From Antedon mediterranea (lineage: Eukaryota > Animalia > Echinodermata), in NCBI RefSeq assembly GCF_964355755.1, contig NC_092676.1, positions 13,782,871 to 13,846,870 of the forward strand: DNA of 64,000 nt, in the 5' to 3' direction. Positions 14,816 to 28,333 of this stretch are shown here, piece by piece. Both the position numbers and the translations under genes were made by a program. Every line of letters starts with the position of its first letter. The first letter of the stretch is position 1. The notes under the pieces are model-generated. The model made no database searches. It was given only the letters and a program-made list of their open reading frames with translations, and was not told the DNA's origin.

Positions 14816-16476
14816 TATGTAATATAATTCTATGGTCAATACATTTTTAGATGTCAAACTTACGCATCCTCATCCTTTGGTACACATTTAACTACAGCTA
14901 GTAGTGTATGCTTTCTCTCCCATGTTGACTCTTGAACAAGTATTGCATCTAATGAGTACTCACAAGTTAAGGTATTAATTACCAGGGAAAATTTTCATTT
15001 AAAAATTTTGTTTAGCAATATTGCTAATCAAACTGATTTTTAAGTCGAGAAACATAGTTTTGTATTGTATTTTTTGCTACACAATTTTCAAAATGTGTAG
15101 CAATAAGGTTGTTTTGTATAGCTTTTTGCTACGCTACACTGGCAAAAATGTTCCCTGATTACTACTGATATCAGGATATAAGATTGCAATATATAATATC
15201 TAATATATTTACAACACAATTATAAACCATATTAACATGTTGGCATGCAGAAAGCATAATAAAAAATATAAAAAAATCAATTAGGTTACAAATTGAAGTG
15301 ACATCGGTATTCAATTCAGTCTACTCTACAGCAATAGAACCAATTTACAGTAATTATATTAAAATTAATTAATTGAGAATCATGAAAAGTATGAAAATGT
15401 AATAGGCAAGATGACATTGTAAAAAAGTAATTTAATATTGTTGTTATGGTTCAGATATTACAGTAAAGGGTATGCTAGCTCTGCTTACTTGCACCTTGAG
15501 GAAATTTAAACCTAAGCAAGAGTGCGCCCTATCAGTGTGAGAGTATAAAGTAAGTAATTTATGGATTCTCTCACTCACGCTAATATTCATTTCAAAATGC
15601 AAGGATAAAAAATGCCACCTCCTTTAGGAACTATTTAGAAGACATCTGATTAAAGGGGCATTTTCCTGTGAAACAAATGAGGACATATCTTTACACTATG
15701 GTTAACCTCTATTCAGGAGACATCCTAAACTTTTGTTGGGTTCTTTAATAGGACCAAAGCTATATACCCTAGAAAAAACCAACATTTCACCTGGTGCAAA
15801 TACTAAATTTGTTTGTCACTGAAAAGGATATTGCTTTACAGATGGAACCTTCGTTTGGATCTAACAACTGTTGCACTGCTTCATTGAAATCCATCTTTTT
15901 CCTAAAAGTAAAATATGTAAATTCAATAAATCCATCTGTATACAGTAAATACTCAAGGGTGGGGATTTGTTCCAAACTGTAACTAACAAACAATTTAGTT
16001 TCAATTATCGAATATAGTAATCTATAACTAATAGGCACTTATTTAAAGATTACCTGTAATAATGTAGATTTATTCTATTGAGTATTTTAACAATTGTAAA
16101 CATTTTATTTTATAAAAATGAACATACATTGGCATTATTATATTAGCAAGGTTAGCATTCCATAAAAGCAGTGCTTAACATCACAAAGACAACCAGTTGC
16201 CAAGAAAACCAATACTAAGCAAATCAATTGAGTTGCCAATTGTGTAATTAATAAAATCTCCTTATATGTCACATATACTTTAATTTAATAGGTATTTAGC
16301 TCCATCATCAATGGGTTGACAGACCTCCCAACTCTTTTGATAATGGCGAGTCTCCCAAAATCTCCTGCTAAAATATAATTTTTCCCGATAATTTGGATAA
16401 ACATAAAAAAATATCCCGATATCATCATTCCCGCTAAAATACATTATTCTCGACATTTTTTGCCTTTAATACGCCA

Positions 16477-17815
16477 TAAAATACCCATTTTTACTGATAT
16501 GTCAATATCTTTCTATTTTTTTTCCAGAGACTTTTCTATTAATACATATTTTTAATTTATTGCTTACACAACATCCATTAAATACAAATAGCGCTCTAAT
16601 TAGTTGAGATAATTTTCAAAATTTTATAGTGCCGGCCAGCAATAGTGCTGTAGAAGGTGCGCGTTCCTCTGGCGTATTCGTCCCCACGTTGCTTTATTGA
16701 AAACACAAACAATGTATTACGATGGAATAACACTTAATGTATAACACACCCTATATTACTAATAATAAAGACCAAGATTCGATAGTATGTAAATGAGATA
16801 TAAATATTCGGCAATACCGTACGTAAATTATTAATGCATACTGATAGATTCGATAGAAGAGTGCTCGAGAAACGTCGGGCGAGTTCAACATTATTTTTTC
16901 CCTTCATTACTAATATATTAAAGTGGGAGATATAAAGATTCAATAGTACGTAAATGAGATATAAAGGTTCAATAAAATACCCATTTTTACTGATATGCCA
17001 ATATCTTTCTATTTTTTTTCCAGAGACTTTTCTATTAATACATATTTTAAATTTAATGCTTACACAACATCCATTAAATACAAATAGCGCTCTAATTAGT
17101 TGAGATAATTTTCAAAATTTTATAGTGCCGGCCAGCAATAGTGCTGTAGAAGGTGCGCGTTCCTCTGGCGTATTCGTCCCCACGTTGCTTTATTGAAAAC
17201 ACAAACAATGTATTACGATGGAATAAAACTTAATGTATAACACACCCTATATTACTAATATTATAATAAAGATTCGATAGTATAATAATAAATGAGATAT
17301 AAATATTCGGCAATACCGTACGTAAATTATTAATGCATACTGATAGATTTGATAGAAGAGTGCTCGAGAAACGTCGGGTGAGTTCAACATTATGCACTTG
17401 TCAATTGTATGACTCACTATACGACCCCCGGTAGAGGTGCGTCATGGGTGCGTCATTTACAAATAATTACTGACGCAGGGGTGCGTCAAAAAACCTAGAT
17501 GGTACGTCACATCAATGAACAAGGTGTGTCAATGTCCGTCACTTTACCACCCACCATATCATAAACAACATGGTCACAGTGCGTCAAAATGGGTGCGTCA
17601 TGGTCACCTAAAGGTAAGTCACCTTTTTGACGCACGGGTGCGTCATGGTATTCAAAAGTATGACGCACATCGGACAAATGACGCACCTCTCCCGGGGGTC
17701 GTATAGTGGGTCATACAATTGACAAGTGCATTATTTTTTCCCTTCATTACCAATATATTAAAGTGGGAGATATAAAGATTCAATAGTACATGAGATATAA
17801 AGGTTCAATAGTACG
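16477..17815. repeat. ~496-bp tandem duplication; second copy interrupted by a MITE
   Basis: TAAAATACCCATTTTTACTGATAT at 16477 and 16973; near-identical units. Confidence 0.85.
17393..17730. mobile_element. PIF/Harbinger MITE
   Basis: Long TIR TGCACTTGTCAATTGTATGAC.CACTATACGACCCCCGG, TTA TSD. The paralogous empty site at ~16881-16900 has a single TTA. Confidence 0.9.
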
Positions 17816-18587
17816 TAGATTATGATGCAAACGTAAATTATTAATGAGTCGATAGTATGTAAATAATTATAGAATAAAACATTCGATAGCACGTAAGTTA
17901 ATATTAAAATACAAATAAAATATACATTTATTTATCGGCAGACGAACTTAATTATTATAAAAATATAAAGATTCGATAGTATATGATTTGGCTTATATTT
18001 ATTGGTTTGACAATACTCATTTAGCTGTAACTCAACTCGCCATAGATATAGGCTAGGCTAGGCCTAGGCCACATGGCGTTGAAAACGACAATCAAAGATT
18101 AAAGCGTACAGACAGGGCGTTCCATACAAATGACGATATTTTATTAAACTGGCGGCCGCTTCGATAATACTCCTCCCTATACTACTACTAGGAGGCCCTA
18201 GGCTAGTCTAAATTATTTATTTATATGTAGACGCAGCCTAGCTAGAGGCTAGGCCTACTACTAGGCCTAGGCCTAGGCCTAGTTATAGGCCTAAAAGGCT
18301 TTTCCCACTTACTTTACATATGGAATACATAAATCGAGAAGAAATTTAGGCCTGGCCTAGAAAGCTGCTTCACATAAGATTGTTGATATAATAATTAATT
18401 AATTCTAGAGCCTAGCTAGCCTCAAGTTTGCGGTTTTTCAACTCGCCGACGATCGAGAGAAAAACGACGACGGACGAACGACGAAATTTAAGAATCGTAG
18501 AGGGCGCTATTTAGAGTTGCCAGACGGGGGGGGGGGAGCCGGGGAGAGAGCTAGCTAGCAGCTGCGAGGTATATTCAGAGCGTCATT

Positions 18588-18955
18588 TTGACGACTGGAG
18601 CATTCTCTACTTCTCTATTACGGAAGAAAGTAAATAAATGCTCTGAAATAATGAACAAAGGTGGCACACAATGCAAAGATTTCTGGTTAGAATTGAAAGG
18701 AAAACCTGTTAAAACTAATACTAATTCTATATTAGTTCCTGGTACAGAGAATACTACAACAGATACAGATAGTATCAAAAACTCATTAAAATCATATTTT
18801 AGTAGTATTAACAAACAAAACCATAATACATTTAACAATGTTGATTATGATACATCTGAATTTTTAAAGTGTGACAATGACTTAAATGCACCCTCATTAA
18901 AAGACTTTATATTCTCATGTGATAGTGTAAAAGATGCCGTACTTAATTGTAAAAA
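18588..18955 (+). pseudogene. Non-LTR retrotransposon ORF2 fragment (EN-RT linker)
   Basis: KDFWLELK...LKSYFSS...SVKDAVLNCKN resembles the pre-RT region. A possible continuation (SKTVG/LDTIT, KxxGxDxI-like, frameshifted) lies at ~20628. Confidence 0.4.
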
Positions 18956-20620
18956 CTAGATGGTATGCTCGCTTCGCTCGCGTACCATCTAGGTCGTGCC
19001 CACAGATGGTTCTCGAATACAAAGTAATTTCAGGGTAAAAAATCTGGCGATTTCAAATGCACGTACCGCAGGACTATAATACATTGTCGTTTACAGAAAC
19101 GAATAAGTAGACACAATGATTTATGTAGTCAAACAAAATTAGCACCCTGGGAATTACTTCCGAAAGAGAAACTTACCAAAAAATGAGTCCAAATTGTTTA
19201 TTCATTTAAAGAAACCCAATTAGGGTTGAGGGATGGGAAAGAGGATAGGTACAGAGAGGAACAATTTTTAAATATATTCTTTATCCACGTCGACAGTAAC
19301 GAAATATTGTTTTCATTTTTTATAGGCCTATAAATAATATACCACTAACGGTGACTAAATATAGTAAAACATTTGCGATTTAATACTTTGTTAAAACTGT
19401 CACTGTACTGTCATAGTCGATTGAAATAGTAAAGTACATGTAACGATACACCACTACGACGTTTATATTTTTTGTAATTATTAATTAATGCAAACGTTGA
19501 GAAGCAACTGTCAGTAATAAAGTTTATTTGTATATTACGTGTGTATATTAACAGTAGAGCCTACCCATAATCACAGTAATAAAGTTTATTTGTATATATT
19601 TTTTTACATCTAACAGTATTCACAGTAAGAAATGTTTGTATATATTTTTTTACATCTAACAGTATTCACAGTAAGAAATGTTCGATTCAAATGACGACCA
19701 AAAATGGTTAATAGGTATTTGCAGTACTGTATTGTCAAAGTATTGCAAGTTTATTCTCCAAGGGCTCATAAATTTACCTACTTGTGTTAAACCAAACTGG
19801 CAGACTGAGAGATTGGAATGTTCCATTCATCGCAAATCAATACATTTGTAAACACGTAAATTAAATCTATCAAAATAGTATTTGTTAAAGAAAATCGGCC
19901 TGTCTTCAACATTATGATGCTGTACTCGAGCAGTTCAACCGGTTTTCAGCTATTAAAAACAATTATCGTAGGAGGAGATAGGAAAATGCGAAGCGTCCTC
20001 GTATTATTGTGTGCGGGTATTTTTCAAGTTGGACATCCATTAGACAGTGTATACCACGATCCGAAAACACCCCTATTTGGGGAAAATCGTTGAACCTAAA
20101 TTCGTTTTAATCGTCAATAACTAATTATCTAACTCAATTTAATTAGTAAACAGGGTTACATCAGGTGGTTAAAATCAGTACCGAAAGTACGAACCAACTT
20201 TATATACCATCGAGTAAAAATTCTAGAAGTAAGGCGCGATTTACCGAATTTTGCCTCTACGTAAATTTATATATAGAAGATGTCCTTTAATCCCAAAAAT
20301 ACATACAAATCAAAGATAGTTCTTTAATTATGAATCACATGAACATTTAAAAATAGTCCATTTTGAACTTTAATGTGCTGTGTGTGTGTGACCTCAAGGC
20401 ATGCAACTGAATACCCTCTAGAGACGTGACTTCAAGCAAAGATTAGAGTGATATATATTCTTTGCTTCAAGTGAGAAAATATTTTCCAGTCTGTTGATTC
20501 GTGTCTCAACCAATCAAAGGGCGAGAATCCAAAATCGTTCAACCGTGAGCCCTCATAGACTCTCTTTTCCCAGACGTTTTTGGGTCCAGCAGCTGGGATC
20601 TATAAATTATAATCGAGTTT
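18956..20620. mobile_element. Possible Helitron-type non-autonomous insertion
   Basis: Begins with palindrome CTAGATGGTA...TACCATCTAG (18956-18992) exactly where the LINE-like ORF breaks; right boundary uncertain. Confidence 0.35.
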
Positions 20621-23026
20621 ACAAATTAGCAAAACTGTCGGCCTTAGATACTATAACTGCTGCTTGCTTTATATCTGAATGATTTATCTCTTATGACGTA
20701 GCGGGCTAGAGCAGCATCGTGAAAAAAAAGGAGAAAAAAAAGTGAGAATAATGAAATAGTTATTATTAGGCCTATTATTATTATTATCACAGAAGTATTC
20801 AATAATTGTATTAAGCCGTTGAAGATGAAATGAATATTACAGCTTGAGTATATAAAAATAGCGTTTCATACTATGACACTAATGGCCTTTCATAACTATA
20901 TAAGAATATCTTCTTGCTCCTCAAATTACGAGATTACTGTGTTGTTTGCATCGAAATAATCAGTCAGTTAACTTACAATGTAAAGAGTTAATTTGTCCAA
21001 AAGGGCATAGTTGCAGATAGACGTATGTTTATTTACCTCCGCCAAGGAGGTATATGTACTCGATCGCGTGTGTTTGTCTGTCTGTTTGTTACTTGGCCAC
21101 TTTGATCTGTTCGGTTTGAACAGATCAACATACCATGGACCTAATATAAGTCCATGAACAAAAAGTATGTTGATCTGTTCGGTTAGTGTGTTTGTTTGTT
21201 TGTTTGTCATCACTCTAGCGCTCACAATTTTTATTCGAATGACTCCAAATTACTACCATACATGTCCCCTTCTGCAAGGAAGACACTGCCAAATTTGGTA
21301 AAAATTCGGACGTTTTAGAATTATTTTCAGACCTGCTAGTGTTAAAAGATAGGACAGAATTTTCAAAAAGCCGGTGAGCAGTCTTAAAGTAGCAAGTAAA
21401 CTAAAATTGTATTTTCTCGAGAACTACTTGTCCAAAATTCATTTTTGTACAAGAGGCAAGAGTTATAATTTGTGATTTGTAATTTTGAAACATAATTAGA
21501 TTTAATGTACAGGTTTTGTTATGGGAATAGGCTTTAAAAACCTAAACGTGTGTTTTTCGCGTTGCTGTTCTATTGTTAGTCGACTGAAGCTATTGTTAGT
21601 TGAAAAGCTGGTTACATAACCTTTACACCAAACTCGTATACACATGATTGTAGTGAAATTAGCCTAAATCACACAGCATTAAGACACAAACTTCCGGGTG
21701 AAAATCGGGTCAAGGTCTGGAGGCCAATTTTGATTTGGCCAAGTATCGCGCTATGTGCGAGGGCTTGTTTGTTTGTCTGTTTGTTTGTTTGTCATAGTGC
21801 TCACAATTTTGATTCCAATAACTCTAAATTACTGTCAAAAAATTAACATTACACAAATGATATACATTCTTTATTCTCGTGGGTCTAATCTTTCCATCTC
21901 ATGTGTTCATATAGTATGCGCAATGAATTATTCATGTTTATTTTGTGACGTTTCAAAAGGGGTACCCAACTTATGTACGAAAAAAAAATCGCTAACAGGA
22001 CACATAATAGCCAACAGTTATTCCTGCCAGCTTACTCAATAAAACTCGGTATCGGGATTGCACTCGATTTTAAACAAAATGTCTTATCATCAGATCTCCC
22101 TATGTAATTTTATAATACTATTCCCCACAATATATTCCGATGCTTTATGGCGTATATTTAATTTGATCTTTATTAATTTGCAGTATAATTTTTATTTTTT
22201 AACTACTGTACCTTCACACGCGTGGTCCGTTCCTAAAATAAACAAACAACTAAAATGGCTATAGCCAATAACGGCCAACTTAGTTGAAACCAGGTTGTTG
22301 CAAGGTGAACTCATCGTGAACCCGGAAATTACTTCGACCGTGTAGAGTTGAAATTGAGTTGAAAATCTACCGTTGAAATCATAAATTTTGTTAAAAAACT
22401 CTTTATAATATCTTCCTAAGATAGAAATATCGAACAATATCGTAATAGTGAAAACTAATGTTATCAAATTTACATTTCACGGTAAATCTGATAGATCAGG
22501 TAGGTATCCAAGGCAGAGATTTGTACCAAAGTTTTTCCATTGTGCTCGCCTATGTCAGAATTAACCATAATTTATATATAGATACAATAATGTTAGTCAG
22601 TTGTGTATGGCTCGGTGGTCTGTGCTGGTGTGTACAGTATTCAAGTTACCGAGATCGAGTCTCATCTTTGGAAACGAAACGAAATCAAATTTTTTTTTAT
22701 TATCCGTATAGTTTGTTCAAGTTTATTTCTTAGTATATAAATTATACGCCTGATTTATAAGGAAATCTACGAAATTATGTCTCTATTTTTATGTAACAAG
22801 GCAGGTTTATGACATATACGGAACTTTGATTGGGTTAAAATCGGTCAAGGTCAAGTGTGTTTAGGAGGCCAATTTTGATTTGGTCAAGTATCGCGCTATG
22901 CGCGAAGGCTAGTTTGTTTGTTAGCAGGATTACTAAAAAAGTAATTACAAGATATTTACCAAAATGAATGTACAGATAGATACCATTCCATTAAATTTTG
23001 GGACCATGGTCCCAATTCTGGACTAC

Positions 23027-23642
23027 TTTTTACTCGGGGTACCCGAGTCTAGTACTTACTCATTTTCTCCTTCTCTTCCTCCATCTGGACACTATTGAGT
23101 AAAAAGTGCGATTTTTAAAGTACTACTCCTCCCTTATTCGTTATAGTATTGAGCTGGGATTTGGCATGAACATACTACAGGGACATGTCCTCAAAGCTAT
23201 AGAGCCGGATTTTTAATTTTTACTCGGGGTACCCGAGTCTAGTACTTACTCATTTTCTCCTTCTCTTCCTCCATCTGGACACTATTGAGTAAAAAGTGCG
23301 ATTTTTAAAGTACTACTCCTCCCTTATTCGTTATAGTATTGAGCTGGGATTTGGCATGAACATACTACAGGGACATGTACTCAAAGCTATAGAGCCGGAT
23401 TTTTAATTTTTTGTTAATTAATTTGTTTAATTAAGAAGCCACAATGTGTGACACACACCACAGCGTTATGTAGTTATATGGTTATATGCGGATTCTTGGC
23501 GTAGTGGTTATCACGTTTGCTTAACACGCAGAAGGTACCTGGTTCGAGCCCGGACGAAACCTATTTTCTTTACTTTCTAACTGTATACGTCTGTATACAG
23601 CTTCTTTCGCTGTACCCCGAGTATTGCACATTCGTGCTTGTT
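23027..23642 (+). mobile_element. HINE-like element (third family) carrying a tRNA-Val copy
   Basis: 5' TTTTTACTCGGGGTACCCGAGT, 190-bp tandem duplication of the 5' module, 3' subTIR TACCCCGAGTA plus hairpin GCAC-attc-GTGC, then TTGTT. Confidence 0.75.
23490..23562 (+). tRNA. tRNA-Val(AAC)-like sequence, probably a pseudogene
   Basis: A-box TGGCGTAGTGG, D-arm GTAGTGGTTATCAC, anticodon loop TT-AAC-AC, B-box GGTTCGAGCCC, followed by TTTT. Two acceptor-stem mismatches. Confidence 0.75.
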
Positions 23643-24112
23643 AGTATACTTTTCAGACCTGCTAGTGTTAAAAGATAGGACAGAATTTTTCAAAAGCCGG
23701 CGAGCAGTCTTAAAGTAACAAGTAAACTGAAATTGCATTTTCTCGAGAACTACTTGTCCAAAAAACTTCATTTTTGTACAAGAGGCAAGAGTTATAATTT
23801 GTGATTTGTAATTTTAAAACATAATTTGATTTAATGTGCACGTTTTTTGCTGCGAGTAGTTTAAAAAACCTATTTCTTTTCAAATTCACTCGTTTGATTT
23901 TCGCGTTGCTGTTCTATTGTTAGTCAACTGAAGCTATTGTTAATTGAAAGGCTTGTTACATGACCATTACACTAAACTCACATACGCATGCTTGAAGTGA
24001 AATTAGCCTAAATCACAAACAGCATTAAGACACACACAAATATATATATATTTTTTCCTGGAGAAATCTTATGTAGGAGAATTTTACAGTAGGCGGAGGT
24101 ATGCACTCTCGG

Positions 24113-25620
24113 CCCCCATCTAACAATTTAACGTTCAAATAACGTTAGCTAAATGTTACCGTTACGTTCTTTGAATGTTTTGAAATAACGTCAAATAACA
24201 TTCAGATGTGGACCCTTTGTGACGTCCGGAGAAAGTTATAACTAACGTTAGTTTAACTTTCAAACAACGTTCAGCGAACGTTAGTTGAATGTTACAGTTT
24301 ATGTTTTTTTTTAATGTTTTGAAATAACGTTCAAATAACATTCAGATGTGGACCCTTTGTGACGTCCGGAGAACGTCATAACTGACGTTAGTTTAACGTT
24401 CAGTCAACATTCAGCGAACGTTAGTTGAATGTTACAGTTTATGTTTTTATAATGTTTTGAAATAACGTTCAATTAACATTAAGTTGTGGACCCTTTTTGA
24501 CGTCTGCTGAACGTTTTGACTAACGTAGTTTTAACCCTCAAACAAAACAACGTTCAAAGAACGTTGAGTCCAACGTTCACCAAACGTTAGCTGAATATTA
24601 CCATTATGTATTTTATAAACGTTATTGTTAACGTTGGGTTGTTTAATCTTCAAGTAACGTTCACAAAATGTTCACTAACGTTACTGAAGACACTCAACGT
24701 TGCTGAATTTTTCTGTTAATGTGGCCATTGCCAAACAGCTGTTGTGCTCTACTTGTAGTTTCGATATACTAATTTCTGAACCAATCTCGCATCTCACAGG
24801 TCACCACAACAAAATCATTAAACAATAAGAATACAAAAAATAGTCAACCTGTATTAATTAAAGGAAATTATTTATTTATAAAGTATTAATTGAATATATC
24901 ATACAAAAACAATTAAAATATAGGCTTAAATGATTAATAAAAAATCAATTTCTGAATGATCCATCCGTCTTTTGTCTACCCTCTTGCGTGGTCGAATCAT
25001 AGAGACTGAATTCTGTGGAGATACAATTTTGAATATCTATTGGATTCAATATATTGCACCAACAGCTCAGTTATATTCCATCCTAATTTATTTGTTTGTA
25101 TCGAGATGCACATCCTAGTAAACGTACCTTCCATTTTGATCCACTTGTTTCTTTAATTGTTTGATGTTTGGTGCATCCGAAGCCACGGTGCATGTAAAAA
25201 AGTAGATGACACATTAATGCTAGAGAATGAACAAATTCAAAAGTGCTGTATTAAACTCAAATGATTCATTATTCTGACAGATGTTTTTATGTAGGCTATT
25301 TTAATTCATTCCCCAAGAATAGAAAAATTAATCCATGCATCCTAAAAATATAAACACACCCTGAAACATAGATGAATGACATGTTTAAATTTTATATTAA
25401 CAAATACAAAATTTTAGAATACATTTTACTTTCTTATGCCTATACATCAGAAAAATAAATACAGATAAATTAAAACAGCAAAGGCTCAATCTCCGGGGTC
25501 TAATCTGTTACTTATTGAACCACAGATATCATATAGGCATACTGTACACAAAACCGCAGTTTTTAATTTTGCAGCTAATACTAAAAATAAAATATAATAT
25601 ATATATATATATATAGTACC

Positions 25621-25679
<59 letters not shown>

Positions 25680-26904
25680 CATTATAATATTATGTCTAGA
25701 CAACTGTGAACTCTTTTTGAAGATTTAAAAATACACAAAAATGACCTATTTTAATGTTTTTCCGAACGTTCTTATAACGTTAGGTAGATGTTATCAATAA
25801 AGTTATGTAAATATCATTTTAAAAATTATTTTGAACGTTCTTATAACGATAGGAAAATGTTATCATTAATGTTATGTAAATAACATATTTTGAATGTTAT
25901 TCTGAACGTTCTTATAACGTTAGGTAGATGTTACCTATAAAGTTTTGTTAACGTTATTTTGAACGTTCTACTAACGTTAGGAAAATGTTATCATTAATGT
26001 TATGTAAATAACATATTTTGAATGTTATTCTGAACGCTCTTGTAACGTTAGGTAGATGTTACCTATAAAGTTATGTAAATATCATTTTTTAACGTTATTT
26101 TGAACGTTCTTCTAACGTTAGAAAAATGTTATCATTAATGATATGTAAATAACATATTTTGAATGTTATTCTGAACGCTCTTGTAACGTTAGGTAGATGT
26201 TACCTATAAAGTTATGTAAATATCATTTTTTTAACGTTATTTTGAACGTTTTTCTAACGTTAGGAAAATGTTATCATTAATGTTATGTAAATAACATATT
26301 TTGAATGTTATTCTGACCGTTCTTATAACGTTAGGTAGATGCTACCTATAAAGTTATGTAAATATCATTTTTTAACGTTATTTTGAACGTTCTTCTAACG
26401 TTAGGAAAATGTTATAATTAATGTTATGTAAATAACATATTTTGAATGTTATTCTGAACGTTCTTATAACGTTAGGTAGATGTTACCAATAACGTTATGT
26501 AAATATTATTTTTAACGTCATTTTGAACGTTCTTCTAACGTTAGACAAATGTTATCATTAATGTTATGTAAATAGCATATTTTGAATGTTATTCTGAACG
26601 TTCTTATAACATTAGGTAGATATTACCAATAACGTTATGTAAATATTATTTTTTAACGTTATTTTGAACGTTCTTCTAACGTTAGAAAAATGTTATCATT
26701 AATGATATGTTTTAATGATGAATGTTATGTAAATAACATATTTTGAATGTTATTCTGAACGTTCTTAGGCCTATAACGTTCAAACGATGTTATGACAAAA
26801 ATATTCTGCGAATGAACGTTATTTGAATGTTATACGAACGTTCGTAGTAAACCTAACCAAACGCTAACCAAAATATAACGTTAGCTGAACGTGTTTTTGC
26901 TAGG
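24113..26904. mobile_element. Non-autonomous CMC/EnSpm-like foldback element with AACGTT arrays
   Basis: CCC...GGG termini. AACGTT-rich subterminal arrays at 24125-24700 and 25750-26895 (~60-bp units, ~120-bp higher-order period). Possible GG TSD. Confidence 0.6.
25599..25679. repeat. (TA)n + (GTA)n microsatellite
   Basis: Directly visible. Confidence 0.95.
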
Positions 26905-27078
26905 GGAGTGGCTTTCTAGTTTTCAATTGTTTTGTTTAGTAACCATTTAGGAATCATCGTATATGAATCTTAACATGAATAATTATTTAGTTTAGTTACA
27001 TTAGTGATTTAAAGTTTGACCATGCTTTGCCAGGGTTGATCCCTATGGAACGCCTCCTCTGCCTTCAGTTCACATTTA

Positions 27079-27730
27079 TCATGCAGTAAACACCAATGGT
27101 CATGCAGTACACACCAAACATTATGCAGTACACACCAATCGTCATACAGTACACACCAAACATCATGCAGTACACACCAATCGTCATGCAGTACACACCA
27201 AACATCATGCAGTACACACCAATCGTCATGCAGTACACACCAAACATCATGCAGTACACACCAATCGTCATGCAGTACACACCAATCGTCATGCAGTACA
27301 CACCAATGGTCATGCAGTACACACCAATCGTCATGCAGTACACACCAATCGTCATGCAGTCAAATATTGCGTAATTTATACCGCCACCTATCGACAAAAT
27401 CGAATATCACGTGACGGCTGTAAAACTAAGACTATTTATACTTCTTATTATGGAATTCAATAATTACAATGGCCTCCTAGCCGCGCCTGTGTCTCGCATT
27501 AATAAATTATTGTATATATAAAAAAACAGAGCTTATGTGTAGCGGTTAAAATAAGTACAGTATGTCAAGCATAAAGGAAATCTTAGAGTCGATGGCATTA
27601 GTTTTACAGCCGTCTAATAAACGTCACTTGATATTTGATTTTGTCGATAGGTGGCGGTATAAATTACGCAATATTTGACTGCATGACGATTTGCGTGTAC
27701 TGCATGACGATTGGTGTGTACTGCATGACT
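27079..27730. repeat. Foldback element with 21-bp tandem units (CATGCAGTACACACCAATCGT)
   Basis: About 13 units at 27079-27360; 27310-27430 recurs inverted at ~27598-27730. Confidence 0.85.
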
Positions 27731-28333
27731 ATTATTATTAGCTAGCTCTAGCTCTCTCTATTCTGCCTGTTCGTTCAAAAGAAGAACGGTTGCTGTTACA
27801 CATCTTTTGCGCATACTATATGAACACATGAGATGGAAAGATTAGACCCACGAGAATAAAGAATGTATATCATTTGTGTAATATTAATTTTTTAATTCTA
27901 TTCTATTAAGTACATTGATAAATAAGTATGTATGTACTCAACGGAAACTTTACATAAGCATGTATATTAGAATAAACAAGGCCAACAGCCATAAGTCGCG
28001 TGCTCTCAGAAAAAAATGAACTTTCAAAAAGTAATGTACTTTAAACTTCTATGTACATCAAAACAGTTCAAAAAGTACAGAAATACGCAAAGTGATACCC
28101 GACAGACCGACCGACCGACAGACCGACCGACATAGTGAACTATAGAGTCACGTGCACGTCTAAAAACGAAATGAAACGCTTCTATTGGGCCGTAGCATCA
28201 TGAGACAAACTTTTAGTCGCGGGGGATACGCATAAGGTAAAACAAACGACCGATTGAGGGCTCACTACTTTTTAACGTGGATGTAAACATCATATTCTTA
28301 CTCGTCTTCAAGGAACAACTTCAACTCCAGTTA

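Larger units (their letters stand above)
5230..16055 (-). pseudogene. Probable decayed multi-exon gene of unknown family
   Basis: Exon-like minus-strand blocks, several bounded by AG/GT signals: ~15490-16055, 12020-12620, 11040-11230, 10826-10955, 10183-10590, 6300-6560, 5797-5950, 5233-5520. Protein-like translations, but with in-frame stops and frameshifts. Confidence 0.35.
21032..26921 (+). mobile_element. Composite HINE-like element (second family) with nested insertions
   Basis: 5' TTTACCTCCGCCAAGGAGG plus (GTYT)n. 3' subTIR GGCGGAGGTA (24092-24101). Terminal hairpin GCACTCTC|GGAGTG is split by the 24113-26904 insertion. Internal direct repeat 21325-21690 / 23650-24035. Confidence 0.65.

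Noticed and set aside
25750-26895. CRISPR-like periodic array
   Set aside because: Units repeat in full without unique spacers; subterminal transposon repeats.
27065-27397. Repetitive ORFs on both strands (MTIGVYC / MQYTPIV) or a CRISPR-like array
   Set aside because: Stop-free 21-bp tandem repeat with no unique spacers and no cas genes, in a eukaryotic context.
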